Source: Massalongia carnosa (Eukaryota). From it: DNA of 64,000 nt. Position numbers and translations under genes: made by a program. Below the pieces are notes generated by a model. It was not told the origin of the DNA, ran no database searches, and saw only the letters and a program-made list of their open reading frames with translations. The DNA lies in assembly GCA_965645245.1 (NCBI GenBank), contig OZ287067.1, positions 558,001 through 622,000 on the forward strand, written 5' to 3'. Below are positions 12,241 through 25,373 of this stretch, piece by piece. Position 1 is the first letter of the stretch. Each line of letters opens with the position of its first letter.

Positions 12241-14435
12241 ATGTGGAATGACGAGGACAACAATCCGTATGGCTCCTTCGATCGCCACCACTCGACATCT
12301 TCCGTTGCTCCCAATGCAAACACCACCGAACCCCGTGAGTACTGCACAGCTTTCACAGTACTATTCGGTCGATTTAGCTAAAAGCAACAAGAATCCGGGT
12401 TCGAACGCCCTTCTACGCCGACCTCGGAAGGTTCATCGCCTGCAAATGAGCCTCCCGAGTTTGTCTCGCAACCGCAAGATTTAAGCGACGATGAGAATGA
12501 GTACGGCCAGCAGAGAAGTCGGGCGACACCTCGAAAGAAGGGCGGGTACGGAAGTCGTATCGAGCAGCTGCTATACGAGGACCAAGATCTCCAGATTGCT
12601 ATTACAGATGCGGGCAAGAGTCAAGAGAGTGGCGGGAGCTACATAAGCTACACCATCAGAACTGGTGTTTGTGATCCTATTGTCTGATGACAGTTTACGA
12701 CTGTTGATCATAATTAGGATATTGAGGTGCGAAGGCGCTACTCCGAGTTCAGCTCCTTACGGGCCACCCTCGTGAACTTGCACCCTACTCTCATTATCCC
12801 TCCAATCCCAGAGAAACACTCTATGGCAGACTATGCGGCTAAGCCGACGAAGGCGAAAGAGGACATGGGTATAATAGATCTGCGGAAACGGATGCTAGGC
12901 GTTTTTTTGAACCGTTGCCGTAAAATGAAGGAAGTGCGCGAGGACGGGGTCTGGTGGAGGTTTCTCGACCCTAACGCCAGCTGGGTAAGTATAGAAGAGG
13001 GAATGTTACGGCTTGACTAATGTCGGCTCCAATAGAATGAGGTACTGCATTCTCACCCAGCAGCCTCAATACCAAAAAGCAACCTGAAAGCCCCTCCTCT
13101 CGACCCTTCCAACCCCACCCCCGCTCATCAATGGCTACCAATTCCATCATCTTCCGCGAGGCTAAAATCTGCATCGAGAACCTCTGCATCCGGCACTCCT
13201 TCATCCCCCCCCAGCCATTCGGTTTTGGCTTCTTCTGCTGCGCATACTATCCCAGGTCCACGGGCTTTTGGGCGCTTTCCACCAACCTCGATGAACCTTT
13301 CCGAACAAGAGCTTGACCCATATTTCAATAATTTTGAAACTTCAACCCGAGAACTAGAGCTACTGTTACAAGGGAACATTGAGAAAGTCAATCGACGTAC
13401 CTTGACGCACCTTGCCTCGCTAGCTACGGATATGGCCGAGTTGGGGGCGCGGTATAATGGCTTTTCACTATCAGAACAGTCTCCTACAGTTGCTGCCGCG
13501 ATTGAGCGAATTGGTCAAGCCGTAGACTATTCGTACATCGCGACGGAAGAATTGTCGTCCACGCTAGGGGCCAACTTTGCGGAACCGATGCGAGAAAGCG
13601 CGCAGTTCGCTGGAGTCGTGCGTAGCGTGTTGCGATTTCGGGTGTTAAAGCGGGTTCAAGAGGAGATGACCAAGGAGGAGCTGTTATCTAAGAAACAGTT
13701 GCTCGACTCGTTGGAGCGTAGCGAGCTGGAGGCGAAGCGGATCGAGCAATACCTTACGAGTACCGGCGCACCAAGCGCACCTCCCAAGCGTTCAATCTCG
13801 TCAGCCTCCGCGCGCAGTGCCCGCTCCGAAGCGTCTGCCGCCGGGCGCCGGGAAGGAAGCGCTGAAGACACGGCGTCGATCGATTCCGATTTCCCTCCCA
13901 CGCATAACGATCGGCCTCCGTCCCCGACTTCGCCGTCTCACCCCGTTCAGGGGCAAGACCCGACCTCTCCGTCGGGAAATCATCGCAAAAACTCGAGCGG
14001 TGGTTTTGTGGCTAACAAGATATTTGGAAGAATCAGCCATGCTGTGCATGGCATTGTCGACGTGGACCCCGAGCGGACGCGGCGAGACCAGATTGGCAAG
14101 ACGCGGGAAAGCCTGGAACATGTAGGGCATGCCAAATGTTTCTTTGCTAGGCCGGTCTAACGGGCATATAGCTTCAGCAAGCGCTGGGCGTGGCGGAACA
14201 GGATGTTAAGGACGCTAGCGCTGGCGTTCTGAAGGATTTGAAAAGATTCCAACTGGAGAAAGAGGATGATTTACGACGCTACATGGTAGCTGCTAGATCC
14301 CTCTGGTTGTTCGATCCCTGCTGACGTTGTTCGGTTCAGATTGCATACGCCAAATGTCATATCGACTGGGCGAAGAAGAACGTTGACACTTGGCGTGAGG
14401 CGACGGAGGAGGTGGACAAGATTGATTTACGGTAA
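12241..14435 (+). CDS. SNX41: Sorting nexin SNX41/Atg20-like (PX + BAR), multi-exon
   Basis: Start MWNDEDNNPYGSF at 12241; PX motif VRRRYSEFSSLR...LHPTLIIPPIPEKH; BAR region; GIVDVDPERTRRDQIGKTRE; last exon ends VDKIDLR-TAA at 14435. Confidence 0.93.
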
Positions 14436-14831
14436 CATCGCTCGGCGTGCTTTGGCTCACCATGGCACGGATGAACGAACCTGTGTCACAACGAATCGTC
14501 GACCCTTTTCGCGACGGTTGTGGGACACGGAGCGTTTCTTGGCGCCGGGGGGTCGCGTACCAGGCTGAGCGTGGGTTGAGGGTCACGCAATGGATGCGAA
14601 CCGTCTCCAGGATGCTGGCAGGCGGCTAGATACCGAGGCTGGAGACGGGGGTCACGAGTCATGACCGTTACTCTATATCGTAGTGAGGTTAGGTCGGTAG
14701 GTCGGTAGATATCACGGTGGGTATCATGGACCTATGTATGTACTCCGTTTCTTAAATAGGAGTGCTCTGTACCGAGTTATGTCGTCTTTGATCGTGTCAG
14801 GCAGAAGTGGTTCATGCCCGCACGCTGCTGG

Positions 14832-14946
14832 TTCTCTGTACTTTGTAGGTAGTACTCTGTACAAGGTACGGAGTACGGAGTGCTGTGTACGGAGGACTCT
14901 GTACTTCGTACCTTTACCCTCATTAGCTTAACTACTCCGTACGGAG
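14832..14946. repeat. Phased tandem array of TACNNNG-like heptamers
   Basis: 12 consecutive 7-mers 14832-14915 (ttctctg tactttg taggtag tactctg tacaagg tacggag tacggag tgctgtg tacggag gactctg tacttcg taccttt), then tactccg tacggag at 14933-14946. Confidence 0.85.
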
Positions 14947-16647
14947 GTTGACACGAAAAGTCCTTGGTAGCGTGCATTAGTGCTGTTTTAGCGTCATGCA
15001 GAAAGAATGCTAACATTCAATAGGGGTTTCTTGTAGATATTATACACTTTGACCTATGCAGCATCTTTTATTTATCAAATATCATCAAGTAAAATTTTAG
15101 ATGCTTCAAACCATGACATCACGAACTCAGAACAATAGTCTGACCATTGGTCAAAAGTTACAAGCATTATCTTTGATTGAACATGGCATAACAGCCAAAG
15201 TCGTTCAAGCAGTCACCGGATTCTCCATTCAGTCTATCAGCTAACTCAAACGCAAGGCACGAGATCGAGGATATGATCCTACTGTTCCGCGAATACTGAA
15301 GGTAGAATACGTGCAAGATGCACCTCGTGCAGGACGTCCTCTCAAAGTGACGCCTGAGATAGAACAGGCCATTTTAAACAATGACGTTCGTCATGATCGA
15401 AATAGTAGAGAAAAATCTTCAACCGTTTTGGGATATGAACACGGAGTTTCATGTACAACTATCCTCAATGTTCTTCGACGCAATAATTTTCGTTCCTGCA
15501 AAACTACCATGAAACCGAGCCTTGATTCAGCAATGAAAGGAGCTCGATTGCAATTTTGTTTGCGCTATCGTCACTGGACTCTCGATGATTGGAAGAATGT
15601 TATACAGAGCGATGAAACCAGTGTCGTGCTGGGCTCTCGACGAGGACGAAGACTTCAATGGCGAACTCCAAACGAAAATTATGCTCAAACATGCATCCGA
15701 CGTAGATAGAAAGGATGTTCCAAGTTCATGTTTTGGGGTTGATTTTCGTATGAAAAGAAAGGTCCTTTTCATATATGGAAGCCGGAGACAGCAGCAGGAA
15801 AACACGCCGCTCAAAAAGAAATTGACAAAATCAATGAGGCACTGGAGCCTCTAGCGAAAGAAAATTGGGAATTGGAAACGGGGATGAAACGAATGGGACT
15901 GCGTACCAAAGGAGGCCGAAAACCAGCCTGGAGATGGGACGAAAAGCATGGAAAAGTGGTCCGAAAAGGCAAAGGAAGCATCGACTGATATCGTTATCAA
16001 AAGATCATTCGTCTTTCCAAACTTCTACCGTTTGCCAAAGAATGTATGAAAGATCGTCCCGATGCTATTGTACAGAAGGACAAGGCTCCCAGTCATGCTT
16101 CTAAACATCAAGACCTCGTCTTTATGAATGCACAAGTCTTGCGTTTATTATGGCCGGGTAATTCTCCCGATTTGAACATGATCGAGCAATCTTGGTCCTG
16201 GATGAAAAGAAAGACCACACGAAAAGGAGCCTCTGGAATCCGCATAACGGCTACCAAAACATGGACTCAGTGTTGGACAAAAAGTCTGAAACAGAAACAG
16301 ATTCAGCACTGGATAGAACGAATTTCACGACATATAGAGGAAGTCATCGCTTTGAGTGGAGGAAATAAGTATCGAGAGGATCGAGACAATGGTGTGATTC
16401 GACCATATAGTACCGAAGATCGTCGCATTCGTTATTGTAAAGACATTATATCTAGTGACAGTGATGTAAGTTGATGATGTCATAAGTTTGTATGCAGGCC
16501 AGATTTTTAATGCATTATATCGTTTGAAAAAGAGGTTGATGTAGAAAATAGAGACGATAAATCAAATATAGAAAAGGGGCAGTGGCGCAGCGCTAAATCC
16601 TTAGAGTCATTATTAGCGCATGAAGGACTTTTCGTGTCAACGTCTCC
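14942..16647 (+). mobile_element. Tc1-like (DD34E) DNA transposon, inactivated
   Basis: Perfect 19-bp inverted repeat GTTGACACGAAAAGTCCTT 14947-14965 / 16623-16641, probably extending to TA|CGGAG at the left end; encloses a transposase pseudogene. Exact termini uncertain. Confidence 0.92.
15113..16474 (+). pseudogene. Tc1-family transposase with 4 in-frame stops
   Basis: Single frame: DAPRAGRP, HWTLDDWKNVIQSDET, VQKDKAPSH...WPGNSPDLNMIE (34 aa between D and E). Stops at 15242, 15707, 15740 and 15986. Confidence 0.92.
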
Positions 16648-17591
16648 CTCTCGGTGCTTGTTACCAAAGGGAATGAAGTCTTGGCAGAAGAAAGCATGAC
16701 AGGTCCATAAAGTCAAACCACCGCCTTTTGCCTCTGATCTTGATTAATGTACTCTAGCGTGTCTAGGTACTCGGTAAATATGGCTCCCTTGGAACGTGTA
16801 AATGGCATTCCACATTCCATCAAACAAAGCACTCTGTACCGAGAGTGTTGCAGTGATTGGGGGTTAGGTAAACAAATATCCTACTCCGTACTCTGTGACC
16901 AATCCAGGATGGAAGAGTGAAAGAGAGTAAAGGAGAGTAAAACTACGAGAGTACTCCGTACTCCGTACTGTAATGTACAGAGCTAAAGAATTCTTTCCTC
17001 GGCCAACGGGTGGGTTCCTTGCTGTTAATTTCGCGGAGATTTGGAGCGGGGGTGTTGGGTTGCCTTGCCTGCACGTCGCTTCCCCCACATATGCCTGCAA
17101 CTGATTGATTGATTGATTGATTGATGCCCAGTGTACCTATTTGGAGATAACCCGATCTATTGTAGTAGATGGGCAGGGGCTTCAAATTGGGCGAACTCAA
17201 TTTCCATTGCCCATTTGCTGGCTGCGCCCGCCATTCAGGACTTTGTTGCCACTCCCCCCTTCCGATTCACGCTCTCATTCGTTCTCTCCCTTTCGCATCC
17301 ATTCCTGTATGGTCTGTTCGTGCGCAGTGTTTAGAGGAAAGAGATTACAGAAGAGTCTTCGAGTTTTCGAGTTTTCGAGTTTTCTTTGCGACAGTGATCA
17401 ACAGATCGCTCGCTCACGGCCATCACACTCCCCCCCCCAAACCCGACTTTCAAGATTGCGCAAAACTCCATGGCAGCGCCTTGGTGTTCTAGAAGCCCTT
17501 TGCTGAGCTGGACGTGAACGACGATAATTCAACCCGGGCGCATAATAGACTTGGGAAACTAGTGCATAGGTTGGGTGTTGCGGACGTGGTC

Positions 17592-19228
17592 ATGATTCTT
17601 CCATGGCGGCGGTCTCAGCTGCTGGGGATGTTGGTGACGGTGTGGTGCAGTCCACGCATGACCGTTGCGTTGGATCTGGATCTGGGAAATACTGGTATGT
17701 CGCAACGATCATGTGTGTCCGCGTGGCCCCGCGCTGCATGGCGTTCAACGTCGTGGATACGACCGACGGCTAATGATAAATCCCCGGCTCGCGTAGAATC
17801 GATCAAGAAAGCTGCGAGCACCGTTGCGTATGATATGATGTCGTACTATAAAGGGAACGAGTCGGGAATGCCCGAGGGATTGTTGCCGGACCCGTATTAC
17901 TGGTGGGAAGCCGGAGCCATGTTCGGACAGATGGTGGAATACTGGTTCTACACCGGGGATGACACTTACAACAAGGTGGTCACCAGTGCCTTGCTCGCGC
18001 AAATTGGGCCTCAGAACGATTTTATGCCACCTAATCAAACGAAAACCGAGGTATGTTTTGAGCCTCGTCCGCACGCCCCCCCCCTTTGGGACGGGTGTTG
18101 GTGCTGTAGAGCCTCGAACGAAGCTTGCTGATCGTGAGATAGGGCAACGACGACCAAGCGTTTTGGGCTTTCGCGGCCATGTCGGCCGCCGAGATGAATT
18201 TCCCCGACCCGCCGGAGAAGCAACCGTCATGGCTTGCTCTCGCTCAGGCGGTGTTCAACCTCCAGACGTCGCGGTGGGACACCGAAAATTGCGGTGGGGG
18301 GTTACGGTGGCAGATCTTTTCGTTCAACAAAGGCTACAATTACAAAAACACCATCTCCAACGGCGGCTTTTTCCAGCTGGCCGCTCGACTGGCCCGATAC
18401 ACGGGGAATACGACCTATGCCGAATGGGCCGTCAAATCCTGGGACTGGCTGGAAAACTCCATCGTCTTCGATAAAAACTATCAGATTTACGATGGCGCAC
18501 AGATCGCGAACAATTGCACGATCCCCAGCAAGATCCAATGGACGTATAACGCCGGGACCTTGTTGATGGGTGCTGCCAACATGTACAACTACGTAGGTTT
18601 CCCCCCCTGTTCTCGGATGCTCGCCCCCGTCGGTTCTCTCCATGCTCACCTGCGCTAGACTAATGGAACGTCGCTGTGGCGAAAACGCGTGGATGGTTTG
18701 CTCCAAGGCACCGACATCTTCTTCCCCAGCCGCAACATCATGGTCGAGGTGGCGTGCGAGCCCCAAGGCACGTGCAACAACGACCAGCCATCGTTCAAGG
18801 CCTACCTGGCCCGATGGATGGCCGCCACCGTGCAAATCGCTCCCTTCACGGAACCCGCCATCATGAAGAAACTCCGCGCCTCCGCCATCGGGGCGGCCTC
18901 GCAGTGTTCCGGCGGTCCCAACGGCCGCACCTGCGGGCGGCACTGGACGCAATCGCAGTGGGACTCCAAGTCGGGCCCAGGCGAGCAGATGTCGGCGCTC
19001 TCGGTCATCCAGGCCAATCTCATCCAAAAGGTCAAAGCGCCCGTGACGGCCGACACGGGCGGCACTAGCAAGGGCAACCCGGACGCCGGCACGCAAGGCG
19101 ATCATCCCAATCTGCTGGAACCGTCGCTGACGCGCAAAATCACGGCGGGGGATCGTGGGGGAGCGAGCATTCTGACGGGGTTGGCATGCAGCGGCTTCCT
19201 GCTCATGTTGTGGTGGATATGTTTTTAA
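17592..19228 (+). CDS. GH76 alpha-1,6-mannanase (Dcw1/Dfg5-like), probably GPI-anchored
   Basis: Signal-like N-terminus, [22 protein letters not shown] across intron 18051-18142, [28 protein letters not shown]-terminal hydrophobic tail. Introns 17695-17796, 18051-18142, 18593-18658. Confidence 0.95.
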
Positions 19229-20183
19229 ATCGGCGTCCATGGGTTCATTGGGGGGGGGAGGGGGTATTGTCTAGCTTTCTTGTATATAGGTACAGCATTT
19301 GCGAAGCGCGCGTTTTACGTTTGGGTCAGCAGCACCGGGTGTACTCTGTATGTAAGGAGTAAATAGCGAGTATTCAGACGATTGCTTTTTTTTTCTTCTT
19401 TTCTTTCTTTCTTCCTTGATTTTGGGAGGATGAAACCATGGCGTGTCACCTTTGCTTGACATATATTGATACTTAGACCTACTATTTTACGGAGAAGGTG
19501 ACTTCTGCGTAGGTACATACTCTGTACTCTGCCTGGAAAGGCGATTTGTTCTTTGAATCGATCAGACGCCCCTAGCTTCCTTCGTATCTGACCTCTAGAT
19601 TCCTCGCTTGTAATACCGAGCACAGAGTACAGCCGCGCATACTAACATAGATGCAAAGTACAAGGTACAAAGTACAGGAGGTACTTGCTCTACCAGTAAA
19701 AGAAGGGGAGATAGACGCGATCGGAAGTGAAAAAAGATCAGGGAAACCTTTCGAAAGGCTTCAGCACGGGAAAGTCGCACTCCTCCGCCGCGATTAAAAG
19801 TGTGATTTACATTGCAGGTCGCAGTGAACTGCGTCGAGCTTCGTCTTGTTCGGTCGACCGACTTCAAAGTGAGGACAAGAGCTACAGGGCTGAATCGCTG
19901 ACCTATTTTTACTAGTGAACTTTAGCTGATCGCGCCTCCGTTAGCGAACCCTCCAGACACTTCTTCCGCAATTGGTCGTCATTAGGTGAACAGAGCACCT
20001 CGTAGGGCAACCTCGTTTCTCCTAGCCGCCCAACGAAAGTAGCCAAAGCAAAGCTGAACGCTTTATATCTTCTGCATCATAGCTTTCTCAACCTCCCCCC
20101 CCAAAACGTAGGCACCCAGCAACACGACCACCTTTCTCCCACAAGCCTTGTTTCCGCAAGGAAATAAGGCCGATTCCTTCATC

Positions 20184-23100
20184 ACGTCTCTCCATAAGAA
20201 ACGAAAGATTTCGCGGCCAGATCCGTCTGCGTCTTCCATATCAACCTTTGCATCCATGTTGGATGCTTCCAGTCCATCATCAAACCAGCACACGCAGTCA
20301 TCGTCGCCCTCAAATGCTCTGCCACGGCCAGAGCTGACGCCTAATCCCACTTCCTCCCCTTCGCCCCCTCGCTCCATTCCTCCCCACATGGTGCTAGAAA
20401 CAGCGACAAAGGGTCGATCTCCAACGCCGGAGTTGACGGGTACGGCAGCAAGCTCACCCAGTGCGGCGTATGCGAGCCTAACTCTCGAAGGCGAAAATAC
20501 CGGAGCTACGGCTGGCCCAAACGACCTGAAAACCGACGGGACGGTAGAAGTTCTATCAAACCGAGCCCTACACTCGCGAACCAACCTTTCGAAGAGACCG
20601 TCATCTCCTGCAAAACGAACAGCCGCCGTGATGGAGAACGCAACGACCAAGCATCAGGACGAAGACCGGAGCGTGGAAGGGCGTCAACAGCTTACCAATG
20701 CCAACGAGCCAACAAGTGATCCTTTGGGGTTTAGCTCACCCGGTACCAAACCCTCAAATCACGCGACGCAGCATAGAAGAGAGATGTCCGTTGACATGCT
20801 TGCCTACGAGGCACCCTCACCGCTGGAACCAGAATCCAGATCGGGAGAGAATGTTTCTTTGCTCTCGAGCGGTGCGTATCAAACCCCGCAGAGCGGGTAT
20901 TCCTCTGCACCTTCTTCGACCAGCCCACACGAACCGTCTCCCGCATCTTCCACCGCGTACCCAGCCAATGAATCTCCAGCCATCGATGACCAAATCAACC
21001 AGGTAATGCAGCTGGCCCACAAACCGATGCAAGACGGACAGAAGGGCTTCATCATAAGCAAACAGTGGCTTTCCAGAGTGCTTTCGAGAGGTTCAAACAC
21101 CGGAGCAGGGGAAAAGTTTGCCAAAGAGGCTCGGGAGGGGACGATCGGACCGGTAGACAACGCAGGCATCAACCTTGTTAGCGATCCATCTGTAGGCAGC
21201 TTCATAGATGAGGCAGGAGAGCCTTACGTACCGTTGAGGCCGGGGCTATTGATGTCAGAGGATTTCGAAATCTTGCCCCAGGAAGCTTGGGATCTGACCC
21301 TCAAATGGTATGGCCTGGCCAAAGGCTCCGCTATCATCACCAGATACTGCCATAATACGAGCACAAGTGAAACGCAGGAAAACCTTCAGTTCGAGTTGCA
21401 TCCGCCAGTCTTCACCATATTGAAATTGCCAGACACCAGCGAAGGGTTGACTGCCAAGGTCATGAGGGAAAAAGAAGCTCCACCAATCAAAGTTTTGGCG
21501 AGCAGGCACGAGCGCTATTCGGCTTTCCTGAAGCGAGCCAAAAATCTAGCCGGCATCGATCTCAAAACCAAGGTCCGCGTTTGGAGGATCCTAGGCGGAC
21601 TTGGGGGAAGCGCCCAAGGGGGTATAATGACCCCCGCACAGTCCCGAAGCAACTCACCAGCCCCAAATGTGGTGGTTCCAGTGGATCCTGGCACACGCCT
21701 CGTCGTCGATGTGAATAGCTTTGCCGAGCTGCAACTTGGATCGCAACGGGAATTGATCGAGTTTCGAGACGAGAGTGGCAACGGAAACTATAATGGCCAT
21801 ATGAACCTTGATTTCGTTGGCCTCCGCCAGGACGAAGTGATCGTCCTGGAGGAACAGATTGGTGGTCCCGCCGGTGGCGAATGGGTGTCCGATGCTGCTG
21901 GTCGACAGGCAAAGTCTCATGGAGTTGCCATCAGCGTTACCAAGAATGGATCGACCGCCGTACAAGACAAGCTGAAACCAAAAGCTAGCGTGGGCAGCGG
22001 GAGAACCAGTCCAGCGCCGGGGGGAATGATGACCCGGGGGCGCCAGCAAAAGAATGGTCGTACTCGAGGTACGGCGGGCTTGAGCAATTTAGGTAACACT
22101 TGTTACATGAACTCAGCGCTGCAATGCATTCGGAGCGCCGAGGAACTAACCCAGTATTTTCTTTGTAAGTTTCTACACCCTTTGTCCCCTTTGAGCTTAC
22201 TGAACCGGTTCCACAGTGGACAAATACAAAAAGGACCTAAACCCAAGTAACCCCTTATCGCATGGTGGTCACGTTGCATCGGCATATGCGTTGTTGTTAA
22301 AAGAGATATACAGTCCGAGGGCAACGGCCTCGTTTGCGCCTAGGAACTTTAAGAATACGATTGGCAAGTATGGACCATCCTTTTCGGGTTATCAACAACA
22401 AGACTCGCAAGAATTTCTACTCTTCCTTCTCGACGGTCTCCAAGAAGATTTGAGCCGAATCCACAAAAAGCCCTACATCGAAAAGCCCGATTCCACAGAC
22501 GAGATGGTCAATGATCCGGTAGCGTTGCGTGCGATGGCAGATAAATGCTGGGACATCTACCAAGCCCGCAACGACTCTGTCATCACAGACCTTTTCGCTG
22601 GCATGTACAAATCCACAGTCGTGTGCCCCAACTGCGATAAAGTAAGCATCATCTTTGATCCGTTCAACAACCTTACACTCCAACTTCCGATTGAAAACCT
22701 ATGGTCCCGGGTAATCTATTTCTTTCCCTTGCACTCGCGACCAATCCGGGTCAGCGTCGACATTGACAAAAACGCTAGGTTCATGGCATTGAAGGAGTAT
22801 GTAGCCACCAAGGTTGGTGTAGATGCCAAGAAGACGGTAGTCGCGGAGATTTACAAATGCCGTTTCTACAAGATGTTTGATGATAACAAATCTCTGGGAG
22901 ACGAGCATATCGTTGACACCGACTGCATCGCGATATTTGAACTCGAACGCCCGCCATCGAATTACCCAGCGCCCAAGAAAAGGGTGGAAAAAACCAAAAT
23001 CTGGACTTACGACAATCATTCCGACGACGAGGAGGATGTTCCTGAAGGTGAGTCCCCGCTGGCAGATCAGATGTTGGTGGCGGTTTTCAATCGACACATG

Positions 23101-25373
23101 AAAGAGACCAACTCCAGGTACCTACAAAGAGCCATCTTCGGGGTACCTTCGTACATTGTCGTCACTCGCGAGGAAGCCAAAGATTACGATGCCATTTTAC
23201 GAAAGGTTCTAGCCAAAGTCGACACCATGACAACGACCGATATCTTCCAAGATGACCAGGAAACTACAGATAACCTGACGCCAGAAGACTCCGATGGCGT
23301 TCTAATGACCAATGACGATGCTGATTCATCGTCCGACTCGAAGGTTCAGGCTAAGTCGTTGGAAAGCGAGGACGGAATGATTGATATTTCCATGCAGGAT
23401 GCTGGCAACGAGGTTCACGGAACCAACCGTACAGCTCCTTTGCCTGGTGTCAAACGCAACCGCCTTCCTCGTATGCTCAGACCAGGCGAATTCATCCTTC
23501 CACAAGTCCGAGATCTATTTCAGATGAAGTATTTTTCCTCCAGCAATGAGATGATCCCCACCGGGTGGGCAACCCTCCAGGACGAAAACAAGGATTACCC
23601 CACGGTTCAATCGAGACAGCCGGTCGTGGACTCCCGGCGACGGCGAGACCCGAGTTCCAAGCTTGTCCGTCGTATGCAGAGGCTGAGCAGTGCAAGCTCC
23701 AGCGACGCGGACGACGACGACGCGGACGCGCCCTTACCTGTTGCGCAGCCCAGCTATGAGAGCGACTCCGATGGCTTACCTACCGTGGAGGAGGTGACGA
23801 GGGCACCGAACGCGTTCAACAAGTTTGGGAAGGACTCGCGTCGAAACAGTAAGGGGCTAATCACGTATTCGCGGAAAGGAAAGAGCCGGGCTTTCGATGG
23901 AGACGACTTAGACCCCGAGCCGGAGTCCAACGGTCCTCCTTTGATCCGTCTTGGCGAAGCGATTGTCCTCGATTGGGGTTCAGACGCCTACGACAGGTTC
24001 TTTGGCGGCATGGAAAACTTCGAGGATCCTGACGGGCGGGGAGCGCCGACGTGGGACAACATTCCGATGATGCCTGACCCCGAACTGGAAGAGAAGCGGA
24101 GAATCCGATCAAGCCGTAAGCGGAATGGAATTAGCTTGGAAGATTGCCTGGATGAATTCGGCAAGGCGGAGATCCTGTCCGAGAATGACGCTTGGTACTG
24201 TCCTCGATGCAAAGAGCACCGTAGAGCTAGCAAAACCTTTGAGCTGTGGAAAGCGCCCGACATTCTGGTCGTACATCTCAAGAGGTTCAGCGCGCAGGGT
24301 CGCAACCTGAGGGATAAGTTGGATGTCTTGGTGGACTTTCCCGTCGAAGGCCTGGACTTGACTTCTCGGGTTGTCATGCAAGAAGATGGGAAGAGTCCGC
24401 TCTACGACCTTTTTGCCGTGGACAATCATTACGGTGGCCTTGGTGGTGGTCATTACACAGCGTTTGCTCAGAACTTTTACGACAAGAACTGGTATGAATA
24501 TAATGGTACGTATTTGAAGTGCGGCCTCGATAAACTCCGCTGACACCTCTAGACTCATCCGTTTCACGCCGCCCAAATCCCGACGTTGTGGTGACACCAG
24601 CCGCGTACCTTCTCTTCTATCGCCGCCGTGCACCTCACCCCCTGGGCGGACCGTTTTTCGAGCAAATCATCAGCGCCGCGAACAACCTGACCCCTCAATC
24701 CCAGCCAACCTCCCGCACCGCATCACCGGCGGGGGAAGGCAAGCGACTCGACGATTCCCCCTCCCGCAATGGTTTGTCGAGCGCTTTAACCGGAGCAGGA
24801 GCAACTCACCAAGCGGGAGGTGGTGGTTTGGCGGTCGCGACCCTAGCAGCACAACCGAGGACCGGGGTTGACGACGAGTTACCTAGCTATTCTTCGTCCA
24901 TGAACCCTAGCGACCAGCCGCGTCCAACGCTCGAGAGCATGGAGATGGACGAGGACGAAGCCGTTGGCGACATGGAGGAATCCTTTCCAAGAAACCTATT
25001 CGCGGATCAACCCGTGTGGTCGTTTGAAGGCCTCGGATCACGCCCTGACGATGATATGCAAGGCATGACGCAAACAATCGCCGCTCCACCCGGAAGCGAC
25101 CAGGATGGCGATGAGGACTTGTTTGACGAAGACAGCATGAAGGCGGTGTCGCCGAGCAGCGAATCCGATCGGCTGATTACCGATTTCACCGACGAGCAGG
25201 GTCGGCAACTTCCTGTCTTCGTCGAGGACGAAGGCACGACGAGCGGGGCGTTTGGATCGTACCGGTCCGGCAGCACTCCTATGCAGGACGTGCCGCCGCT
25301 AATGGACGAGGATGACGATGTGGCGGTTGCCGAGGTCAGGGTCGCCGAGGGGGAGATGTTCAAGCTCGATTGA
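20184..25373 (+). CDS. UBP12: Ubiquitin C-terminal hydrolase (USP4/15-like, DUSP + USP domain)
   Basis: DUSP-like region (IGPVDN...EDFEILPQEAW), Cys box GLSNLGNTCYMNSALQC, QQDSQEF, WYCPRCKEH, His box DNHYGGLGGGHYTA. Introns 22165-22216 and 24506-24552. First ATG at 20256; ACG at 20184 is a candidate start. Confidence 0.93.

Noticed and set aside
14832..14915. Heptamer array considered as CRISPR-like or telomeric repeat
   Set aside because: Eukaryotic context, 7-bp units without spacers, no cas genes, and not TTAGGG.
18302..19240. 312-aa antisense ORF, and similar antisense ORFs over annexin, UBP12, DGAT1 and AVO1
   Set aside because: Shadow ORFs expected opposite GC-rich coding exons.
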